Positions 40,522 through 64,000 of a DNA stretch of 64,000 nucleotides are shown piece by piece. The notes beneath the pieces were generated by a model. That model was not told where the DNA came from. It searched no databases and saw only the letters and a list, made by a program, of their open reading frames with translations. The translations under genes and the position numbers were made by a program. Position 1 is the first letter of the stretch. Each line of letters opens with the position of its first letter. This DNA comes from Sphyrna mokarran. Lineage: Eukaryota. Location of the stretch: contig JAGIQG010000021.1 of assembly GCA_024679065.1 (NCBI GenBank), positions 41,788,001 through 41,852,000 of the forward strand, written 5' to 3'.

Positions 40522-40900
40522 AGATTCCATAATGGTGTATATTTTCTCCAGCATGGTTTTCACATCCCCGTGTGGTGGGATGTGAGCTGCTGCCAAAATA
40601 CAGAAGTGAACTCCCATGGAAGATAGAAAGGGACGGTAGTTTAGCGTCAGATGTTCTAGGGAGCAGAAACTCACCATTGTTGCTACATCTAGGCACCATG
40701 AGGTGTTGATTAGGAGGCAGACCCCACTACCACAGCCTTCCCTGAGGCCACTGTATGATCCATTCGTTGGATTGACAAGCCCTCTGGTTGTAGGGCACTG
40801 TCCAGTGAACTCGGAGTGAGCCATGTCTCTGTGAAATAGAGAACACAGCAGTCCTTCAGTTCTCTTTGGAAAGTGAGTCTCGTTTTAAGTTTGTCTCGTT
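40522..40900 (-). mobile_element. Rex/Babar-like LINE endonuclease N-terminal fragment
   Basis: CCVLYFTETWL and GSGVCLLINTSWC. Confidence 0.7.
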
Positions 40901-43020
40901 TATTTTCCAGAGGGAAAGAGCAAGAGGACAATATTGGTGAAATATTAATGGGGAACACAGAGATGGCAGAGGCATCAAAACAAAATTTTTCCTGTCTTCA
41001 CAGCAGACAATAATGAAGATTTTTCAAGAGCTGTCGTTAGTACAGCGCAGCTCTTTGCAATAACCATCACAAGGAAGAAGGTATTGAATAAACTGATGGG
41101 ATCAAAGGCAGAAAAGTCTCTGGGACCTGATGGCCTGGATCCTAGCATATTTAAGGAGATGGCAGCAGAGAAAATGGATACGTTGATTGTGATATTTCAA
41201 AATTTATTGGAATGTGGTATGGTGCGGGTGAATTGGAAACACTAATGTGATACCCTTATTCAAAAAAGGAGAGCGGCAAAAAGTTGGAAACACTAGGCCA
41301 ATTAACTCAACCTCTTGTGGTGGGGAAATAGGTGGAATCAATCATTGAGGAGGAGATGACTCAGTATTTGGAAAGGCAAAGCTCAATCTATTATTGTCAG
41401 TATGATTTTATCATAGAAAGAAACCCTACAGTGCAGAAGGAGGCCATTCAGCCCATTGAGTCTGTGCTAACAATCCCACCCAATTCCTGTTCCCATAACC
41501 CACATATTTACTCTGCTAATTTCTCTAATCTATGCATCCCGGGATACTAAAGGGCATTCTGACATGGCCAGTCAACCGAACCCACACATTTTTGGGATGT
41601 GGAAGGAACCAGAGCACCTGGAGGAAACCCAAGCCAACAGAGAGAGAACATGCAAACTCCATACATACAATGACCCAAGCCAGGAATCGAACACAGGTCA
41701 CTGGAGCAGTGTTAATCACTATGCCACCATGCCGCCCCCACTGTGCACCATGCAGTCTTTTTATGAAGGGAGGGTCATGCTGGATAAACTTGTTTGAATA
41801 CTTTGAAGATATAACCAGCAAGGTGGATAGTGGGGAGCCTATATGTAAACATCCAGAAGGCATTTAACACGGTGCTGCATAAAAGCCTGATTCAGAAGGT
41901 AAGATTGCAGGGGATTGGGGGTAGAGATTGGATTGAGGATTGACTCTGACAGAAAGCAGAGAATTGGATTAAACAGGTCCTTCTCTGGCTGGCGAAATGT
42001 AACTAGTGGGGTTTTCAAGGGTCAGTCCTCAGACCTCACCTGTTTACAATCTATCCAAACGATTGCAAGCAGGGATAGAGTGTAACATAGCAAAATCTAT
42101 GGATGATACTAAAATAGGTGGGAAAGCAGGCAGTGGATATAAAGACGTTACAAACAGAAAAAAGATAGGCTAGGAAGTTGGGACAAAATTTAGTTTAATG
42201 TAGATAAGTGGTGTTTAATGTAGATAAGTGTGAGGTCATCCATTTTGGCAGAAGATATAGAAAGGCAAATTATGATCTAAATGGAAAGCAGATTCAAAAC
42301 GCATCTGGGCAAAGGAATCTGGGCGTTTCTGTTCGTGAATTGCAGAAAGTTAGTATGCAAGTGCATCATGTAATGAAAAAGGCAAATGGCATTTATTACA
42401 AAGGATCTGGAATACAAAAGTAGAAAAGTGCTGTTGCAATTATATAGAGTGTTGGTGAGACCACGTTTGGAGTATTATGTCCTGTTTTAGTCTCCTTATT
42501 TGAGCAAGAATGTGTCAGCATTGGAGGCACTGCAGAGGAGGTTCACTAGATTGATTCAGGAGATGAAGAAGTTAACATATGAGGAGAGATTAGACTATTT
42601 GGGTTTGGAGTTTAGAAGGATGGAGGGGAGATTTGATTGAGGTATATAAAATTTTAAAAGGGATTGATAAAGTAAATGTAGACCAAATGGTTCCTCTTAT
42701 GAAGCAATTTAGGCAAGAGGTCACAAGTATAGGTTGAGAGATGGCAGATTTAATACTGAGATGAGGAGGACTACTTCTTCCAAAAGGTGGCGAATTTGTG
42801 GAATTTTCCACCCCATAACACAATGGACTCTGAATTGTTGAAAGGTTTCAAAAGAGAGTTACAAACATATTTCTAATGAAAAAAAGGAACAAGCGATATG
42901 GGGAACAGGTGGGTAGATGGATTGGAGACCAGAGAGCGATCAGCCATAATCTGATTAAATGACGGAGCTGGTTCAATGAGCTGAATTTGCCTACTTTTGC
43001 TCTTAATTCATATTTCCAGG
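40901..43020 (+). mobile_element. Decayed CR1 LINE with a nested V-SINE (about 41412-41750, minus strand)
   Basis: KGGSCWINLFEYFEDITSKVD, FNVDKCEVIHFGR and a CR1 tail near 43000. Confidence 0.82.
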
Positions 43021-44444
43021 TTCTGATATTCCTAAAATTCTCTGGAAACCTAACATATAATCCATGTGAAATCCGAGGGTCGGAGACAATTTTTTTGCTT
43101 TAAAAATATAAACCACAGTTAAACACTATTTAATTGATATAAATAAATGTCAAGCATTGCTTTCCAATCAATGGTAATAAAGAATGCATTACTATGTTTC
43201 TATATTGCAGGTATTTTGGGTGAATTAATTAAATGGATTTTATTTACACTTTGTAATGGCCAAAGAAAAGCTACTTGTCTCAATTAAAGTTTCCATTTCA
43301 TCAAGATTTTGCACTTGATAAAAAATTGCCACGTTAGCTGGATGTGATCAGTTCTGAAGACATTTGGAGAGGGCAGGATCATTTCCACACAAAACTACTG
43401 ACATTGCTTCTCTAATTTTATCCTGATGTGAGAACACGAGAGTTCATGTAATAACTAAATCTGCTGGTCAGGCTTTTCACGTATCAGATGGGAATGAAAC
43501 TGCTGTGTAGGCAGAAGAAAATATGTATATAAGTTGTCAGACAGAGCATCGAATGTTTCTGAAGTCCAACCATCTAGTCTCTTCATCATTAATTTTCTTC
43601 ATGGTCATGAGGCTACTCATGATATTAGAGTATTGCTCTGATTGAGATTTGTGATTTTCAGATATTTATTTAGATATCTTGTGCTGCTTAAAATATTGAA
43701 ATGTTTATACTTGTGAGGACCTTGTTTAATATGTAATGACTTTGTACATTGTATTGTATAATTTCTGAACACTACTTTCCGCTTTCAGAAATGATAGACA
43801 GTTGATTCACTTGCCTCTTTTCTCTTCTTTTGTAACAGTGGCCGTTGTGCACCTTTTAAAAGCTGAATTCATCAAGGTAAGGAATGATAATATAGTAGAG
43901 TCAAATCTATTTAGCTTTAAGCAAAACAAGTGTTAATCGATCATGTTAAAGTTGAATTTATTGTAAATGCTGATTATTCAATCTAAGGCAATGAGCTTGT
44001 TATTCACCGTACCCCGGTTGTCATTCAACATTTTACTACAAGTTAACTGATTCAGAAATGTTGTATACAAAATATCGTATATCAATTTCAATGAAATTTA
44101 ATCAGGGCTTATAATAGTGTGTATTCATCTGTTCACAACATCCAGCTTTTTTCTACTAAAATTGATACAGAGGATGAAATGTAATGACCAACAAATTACT
44201 TGCCTTATCCTGAAAGTGCTAAGTTTAGCTCTTTAGACTTGTGTTGTACGTATTACATAGCTCCTTTAATGTAACTAAATGGCCCATGGAACTTCAGAGG
44301 AGTCTTATCAAGCAAAATTAGACACCAGTACACATTACATAAGATGAGAGCAGGTATCATAGAGGCGGGGAAGAGAATTAGTATCGAGTCAGCTAATGGC
44401 AGAAGGAATCATGAGGTTGTAAATGAATTATATGTTGCTGCTAT

Positions 44445-47235
44445 TCTCCCCCCCCCCCACCCCTCGGCCCCCCCGTTATGTCTTTTCTTTTTGCAATGTT
44501 ATTAAAGCAGGATGGCTAAAACACCATCCATCCCCCCCTCCCTCCACCCCCAATACCGCCCCTCCACCCCAGTATCATCCACCCTTCCCGCCGCCCCCAA
44601 CACCATTCAACTCACCTCCACCCCCAACACCATCCACTCCAAATCACTGCCCCAACACCACCCACCCCCTGCCCCAATATCACCCATCCACCTGCCTCCA
44701 ACACCACCCATCCCCTCCCACCCCCACACTCCCCCAACACCTCTGCCCAGCCCTGCTGCTCCCATATCCCTCGCATTTATGCTTCCACCACTCCTTCCCT
44801 CCACCCACCCCTGCCCTCACACCTACCCTTCCCCATCCCTCCATTCCACTCACCCTTCCCTTCACCCACCCCTCCCCTCAACTCCTACCCTCTCCCTCCT
44901 CTATCACTTCTCCCCTAACCCTACCCCTCCACTATCCCTCCCTTTCCCCATCCCTCATCCCTCCCCATCTCCTCCCCTACCTCTCTCCCGTCCCCACATC
45001 CCTATCCCTCCCACTTCCTCCTAACCTCCCACCCACACCTTAACCTCCCACCAACTCCACTGAACCCATCCCCTACCCTCCCACCCACCCCGCTACTCCT
45101 CCTCCTGTCCCATCCATCCCTCAATCCCTTCCCTTCCCTACACCCCAACTTCCCCTAACCCTCTACCCTTCCCCTAACCCTCTACCCTTCCTCTCCCCCA
45201 CCCTTCTCACCCCTTCACTCCCCCTCTACCTCTCCACCCACCCCGTCTATCCCACCCATTACCCCCACCCATTACCTCTCCCCCATTCCCTACACTTCTG
45301 CGCTTCCTCCCCTACTCCCTTCTCCACTCCCCCTATTCTGAAACCCCCTCCCCTACAACTTTCCACCCCCTCTACTGTTCCACTCCCTACACACTACCCC
45401 TCCCCATCCCCTTGCCTCCCCACTACCTTATCACTTCCCACACCTCCACCTTCTCAACCCCTACCATTCCGCTCTCCACCCTTCCCCTCTCCCACCCCTA
45501 CCCCTCTCCCACCCCTACCCCTCCTTTCCTCCCAAACCATATCAGTCTCCGTACCCCCTCCATTCCTACCTTCCCTCATTCATCTATCCTTCCCCTCCCT
45601 CCCTGACTCCACCCCTCCCCTACCCTTCCTCCCCATCTCTCCACTTCAACCCTCTCCTCCAGCCCTCCCCCTCCCACCTATACCTTCCCGCACTCCCTAA
45701 TCCTCCCCTCCCCATCCCTCCACTTCAACCTCTCCCGCAGCCCTCCCTCTCCCACCTACTCCTCCCCTTCCTTCTCCACACTCAACCTCTCTCCCATACC
45801 CTACCTCTCCCCTATGCCCTACTTCTCCTGCCAGTCTTACCCCCACCTCCTACTGCTCCCTCCATCCCATACCACTCCCCATATTCCTCCCCAAATCCTT
45901 ACTCCTGCCCCCACCCCTTACCTTACCCCACCATTACCCAACCGCTTATTCTATTCTTCTCCCACGTGTCCCCGATCCCCTAATCCTCCTCGAACCCCTC
46001 TCACCTCTACCCATCTCCCACCTCTGCCCAACCTGCAACCCATACCTCACTCCTCATCTCCCCAACCCTTCCCATTCTCAACCTATCCATTCCCCACCCT
46101 CTCCCCTTCCCTTCTTCATCCCTCCCCTATCCCTTCCCCCTTCCCACCTATCCTACCCCTCCTCCTGCCCCACCCTCCCCTCCCCTTCCCTACTCCTCCT
46201 CCTATCCCACCCCTTCCCCTCTACCCCCACCCCTTCCCCTCTATCCTCACCCCTTCCCCTGCCCCACCCCGTCACCCTTCTCCCCTTTCATTCCTTCGCC
46301 TCCTCACCCCTCCTCTACCCACCCCCTCATCTTTCTTCCCTCCCCCTCCTCTCCACATCCCTCCCCTTCCTCACCCTTCCCTTCCTCTCCACATCCCTTC
46401 CTCTTCCTCCTGCTCCCCTTCCTCCCCCTCCCCTTCCTCTTCTTCCTCTCCCTCCTCCCCTTTACCCTTCCTCCTCCCCTTTGCCCTCCCTCCTCCCCTC
46501 CACCTCTCCCCCCTCCTCCTCTTCACCCCTCCCTCCTCCCCTTTCCCCCTTCTGCTCCTCTCCCACTCCTCCCCTCCTCCACCTCCCTTCCCCTTTTCCT
46601 CTCCCTTTCTCTCCTCCTCTTCCCCCTTCTCCTTCCTGCTCTCCCTTCTTCCCCTCCCCTCACCTCCCCTCTATCCCCTCCCCTCCATCCCCTCCCCTCC
46701 CCTCTGTTCCCTCCCCTCTTATCCCTCCCCTGCCTGCCTACTCCTTTCTCTCTCTTTCCCCCACCTCCTCCCCTCCCCTTTCCACTCCCCTTCCTCACCT
46801 CCCTCTCTCCCACCTCCTTGTCCCCTCCCTCATATGCCCCTTCCTCCTCTCCCTCCTCTCCCTCCCCTCCCTCCCCATCCTTCTCCCTCCCCTCACCTCC
46901 TCCATCCTTCCTCCCACCCCTCACCTCCTCCCCTCCAAGCCCTCACCCCACTTCTCATCTCCTCCCCTCACTCCCCCTCATCCCTTCCCTCCCCCAACCC
47001 CTCCTCTCACCCCTCCCCCTCATCCCTCTCCTTCCCCTCACCCTCCTCACACCACTGCCCTCCTCCCCTCCCCTCACCACTCCCCCCCTCCCCCTCCCCT
47101 CACCACTCTCCCCCCTCCCCCTCCCCTCACCACTCTCCCCCCTCCCCTCCCCTCACCACTCTCTCCCCTCCCCTCACCACTCTCCCCCTCCCCTCACTCC
47201 TCCTCTGCCCCCTCACCACTTCTCCACCCTTTTCC
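44445..47235. repeat. 2.8 kb C-rich (plus strand) / G-rich (minus strand) low-complexity tract
   Basis: Almost no G on the plus strand. Composition grades from C/A/T to nearly pure C/T. The tract ends in degenerate cctcaccactctcccc units at about 47045-47220. Confidence 0.95.
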
Positions 47236-47249
47236 CTTACGTTCTTGTT

Positions 47250-47540
47250 GCCGTTGAACTTAGTGGCATGCTAGGCTATTTGAGAAGGCAGTTAAGCGTT
47301 AACCACATTGTTATGGGTCTGGAATCACATATAGGCCAGACTGGATAAAGATGGCAGATTTCCTTTCCTAGAGGACATTGGCAATGGTTTTTACAACAAT
47401 CGACGATTATTTCATGGTCACTATTACTGAGATTAACTTTTATTAATTAAATGGATTTGAACCTATATCCCTACAGCATTAGCCTGGGCATTTGGATTAC
47501 TAGTCAAGTGACAATACCACAACTTTTCTGCCTCCCCGTG
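47250..47540 (-). mobile_element. SacSINE1/DeuSINE-like fragment
   Basis: tRNA-like head (gtggtattgtcacttgactagtaatcc) shared with 51638-51915. Confidence 0.5.
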
Positions 47541-49366
47541 AACTGAGTAAGAACAAAAGATCTGATGCTGTAAAAATCATTTTATGTTTGTGTAGTGTTG
47601 CTGAACACCTTTTGCCATTATGATTAATTGCTAGATTCTTTTTTAAATTATTTTTTAAAATAATCTCATTTTGCTAGCCCATTTATAATTAAGGGATTAT
47701 GCATTGAAATATCCTTATCAGCCAGCTATTTAAGCTATAGCACCCTCTACAGAACATGTGAAAGATGTGTGAAGCATGCAAGTGATTGCTAGTTCCTTAC
47801 CTAATCAGTGCAGAGTCTGAACTAAGATATGTCAGTACATTCAATTCAATGTCAAATCAGGTACAGAAGATAAAACAAGGACAGCATTAAATTGAGAGAC
47901 AAAAGAAACAGGAAGAATAAAACCAACTGTAGTTTATGCTTTCATTTTTGAAACTCTCAAACAATAATTGAAGTCTAAAGAGATCAGACTCCATGCTTGT
48001 AAAATATAAATCTTCAGTCCAAGAAATGACATTTGACAATTTCATATGCCATTGATGGATAAGCCCTACCTTTTTTTTCAGTGAGTTTGATCTATATAAA
48101 GAAAATAGAGAATTCTCACACCTTTCAGTGTATTTGAATGGTGAGTCCAGATGGTGAAATGTTGTTAGTGCACAACTTTGAGAGAAGAACAGCATCTGGG
48201 AGAGTAACCTGCTGATTACTGTGATTCCAGTATTTTGTTGCATGTGCAACAAATAATAGTGAATGCTATTAGTCTTAGTGTTTTTTATTCCCCCAATATC
48301 CAGCCCATAACCTTCAATAGTTACAGACTAGGTGCATGTTTGGTGCTGCAACAAGCTACCTTATATACAATAAAAATCACCCTGAGAAGCTGGAAGAATT
48401 AAAGGTTCCTCACCTATGAATAAGACTCTCATCTTCCACATTTTCAATTTTGATTTGTTCTGGTTTTATGAATTTATAATGTGTAAGATTATACAATAAA
48501 ACATGAACTAGAGCTAATATTTTTGCATCCATTGCTCATTGATTTTTCAGGTGTTTTCTCTTAAGGCACTGAGAGACCTTAAGAAATGTGCAAAGCCTCC
48601 AACCACTTCAGACATGGCCGTCGTGGCACCTGTACTGGGAAGGATGCTCCTGCAGATGTTCCTTGTGTGCATTGGAAGCCTCCCATCTGTGATTGTGACA
48701 GTAAAGAATCGTATTGGCTGATGTGATGCATGACTTACAAACTTGGACCACACAAGTCCATTCAACATACTTACTTGTCACGTGATTAGAGGGGCCGAGC
48801 TCTGGAATTATTTAAAGGACCAAGTACCTAACTCAGAGGTAAGGTCATTTGAAATAACTTCTCCTATTAAAAAGCCTGTGGAAGTATGTATGCTGTGATT
48901 TTGGAAGCATTTGATGAGTTGCTGGATTTGGCAGGAAGTGTTGCTACACCCTCACAGGTTGGGCAGAAAAATAGTCAACCATCTCCCCAAAAGCTGCAGC
49001 ATATATGAGAGCTACAGTTTTAGTGCCCCTGGGCTAGACCAGGACAGTGGAGCAGAGAGACTGCTGAGTGGTGAAGTTCTGGGCAATGCCTGATGCCAAG
49101 ATAGGCAGGACTCACCCTTGCCTACAGGTCAGCTAATGCACCCAGCATCTTAGTGTACATCTTGATCAGTGGTCTTCCGTGCACCACTCCAGTATCAAAG
49201 ATGTGGGGAAGTCAAATTCAGCTGTAGAACTTTTGCCAACAGTATAGAAAAATTATACGAATCTAATGTTCCATGGTCTATTCCCAGAATTAAATTTATA
49301 ACTGTACAATAAAGGTGCTTAAAGAACAGTAGCAGAAATTCTAACAAAGCCTGGCTGATGGAAGAA

Positions 49367-49527
49367 GTGATGTGGAGATGCTAGCATTGGACAGAGATAA
49401 ACACAGTTTCTCAACAAGAAGTCTCACAACACCAGATTAAGGTGACCTAATGAAGGGGCAAACCCCGAAAGCTAGTGGCATTTACTGCCAAATAAACTTG
49501 TTGGACCTTAACCTGGTGTTGTAAGAT
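49367..49527. mobile_element. Miniature inverted PLE remnant with a mutated hammerhead and an 8 bp TSD
   Basis: Inverted arms at 49420-49443 and 49505-49528. Core is CTAATGA-a-GGGG-caaa-CCCC-GAAAGCTA. Flanked by TGGAAGAA at 49359-49366 and 49528-49535. The left terminus resembles that of the large PLE. Confidence 0.75.
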
Positions 49528-50029
49528 TGGAAGAAACACAACAAAACTTGTGTTCTGAGCATTGGGATTGTTAAATTGAGATGGTTCAGTTGTGGGGGAG
49601 AGTGGGAAATGTTGCAGAGTTCCTGGTCTCCTGGAACAAAGATAGTTAGTTGCCAGCTGGCACATCTGAAGACGCTGGGCGCAGATCTGACAGCCCCAGA
49701 GCTCAGTGCTGGGCACTGCTGAGCTGCAACAAGGAGCAGGAAGAAGACTTATGACTGCCTCAGACAGCTAAGTTCTGGGCTTTAAGGGAAGGGATGGTTT
49801 TCAGAGCTCAGGTAAAAGGCACAGGATGGTGTGGAACCAGCATTCGGGAGGAGGGAAGTGCTCCTGTTACAAAATTTCATGTGCATCAATTTAATGAGTT
49901 CCCTTCCTTTTGACACATCAAGCTTTTTTCAAAATATAATGTCATTTGATTTTTCTGTGCAGCATTTTTATTACTAGAATGATTATCAAACCAGCTAACA
50001 GACAAAGAAAGATTTTTCATAGATGCTCT

Positions 50030-50035
50030 TTTATT
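50030..50035 (-). terminator. Polyadenylation signal (AATAAA) of MYH copy B
   Basis: AATAAA about 90 nt after the TAG stop, followed on the minus strand by a U/GU-rich stretch (tctttctttgtctgtt). Confidence 0.7.
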
Positions 50036-50123
50036 TCTACTGACAGAGTTATCTTTATGAAACTATGTTACAAAGAAACACACATTTTGTGGATTTCCTC
50101 TTTGGACCATTTCACATTGTCAT

Positions 50124-63065
<12,942 letters not shown>

Positions 63066-64000
63066 CTAATAAAATAGAAATGACAATCCAGTATATTTGT
63101 GTACAACATCTAATTTTATACTTGGAATGCGATAATGGAATAAACACTGAGAAGTAACATTTTCTTATGTTTAGTTCAGATGCCTTACGTTGGTGCTGGA
63201 ATGTTTTGTGATGCAGGGCTGGTGTCTCTAAGTCAAAGTCTCTAAGACTCTAAGTCAAAGCTCTGTGTTCAATCCCCACTGCAGGATTTCAAGTCTGAAA
63301 AAAGTTCATGCATAATATGAACTGACAGGTCACATATCAACCTGCATATCCTTTCAACACATGACACTGGCAGGCAGTAAGAATGGGAGAGATTCCTGGT
63401 CAACCTTATGATGGAAGGAATAATATTACTATGCAAAGCTCCTGACTGCACCATGAGTGTAAAATGCATATTGCCATAGAAACCCTGAGTGACCATAAAT
63501 CAATATATATGTATTTTCGATCACAAATTTTCAAAACAGTATTGAAGACAATACAGACGTCAGATTGACAAATGGAAAATTTTGTTCCTGTAACAAATAG
63601 GGAATGTTATGTCATCTCTTTCATTTATGCAACTCTAGCTCAGTTGGCTAGCTGACTAGGTTGTGATGCAGAATAATGTCTACAGCATGGGTCCAATTTT
63701 CATACTGGCTGTAATAGTTCATGGAGGCTTCTTTTCTCACCATGCCAGCTCAAGCTGTTTATAACCAACAGTCTCTCTCTCTCTCTATATATATATTGGA
63801 GAGAGAGATACCTATAGTCCGTTGTGACTATGCCCAAAATGAGAGTACTCGCACTCGTTTATATCACAGGATATCATACTTTACTTTTTAATTGCAATCA
63901 GTCACGTTTTATGTATGCAGAGTAATTATGATGTAACATTTGTTGTATTAGTTGTATCCTGAGAAGGATTCCTCTGCCATTTTTCAGGGATTGCCATCCT

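Noticed and set aside
44423-47348. Long Pro/Ser/Leu-rich ORFs (up to 486 aa) and Gly-rich antisense ORFs
   Set aside because: Stop codons are rare in a C-rich low-complexity tract. ORFs are open in several frames and show no domain or splice structure.
63773-63810. (CT)n(AT)n...(GA)n fold-back
   Set aside because: It is an ordinary compound microsatellite.

Overview
Eukaryotic genomic DNA from a cartilaginous fish, most likely a shark. This is inferred from HE1/V-SINEs, a SacSINE1-like SINE and CR1/Rex-type LINEs. The window holds two tandem, minus-strand sarcomeric myosin heavy chain genes of the fast-skeletal type. Copy A runs from a candidate promoter at about 17.3 kb and ATG at 16039 through 33 coding exons to the left edge. 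Copy B enters at the right edge and runs through 29 exons to its stop at 50124 and a poly(A) signal at 50030. The 33 kb intergenic region is rich in transposons. Main points of interest: (1) a 3.85 kb palindromic Penelope-like (RT plus GIY-YIG) insertion with tails pointing outward, one candidate TSD and an identical minimal hammerhead ribozyme near each end, plus miniature elements of the same design; (2) a dimeric, poly(A)-tailed retroposon with U2 snRNA-derived heads; (3) four copies of a V-SINE derivative that has lost its Pol III B box and gained a 5' extension; (4) patchy gene conversion between the two MYH paralogues; (5) a 2.8 kb C-rich/G-rich strand-asymmetric tract downstream of copy B. 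All calls were made by eye, with no database searches.
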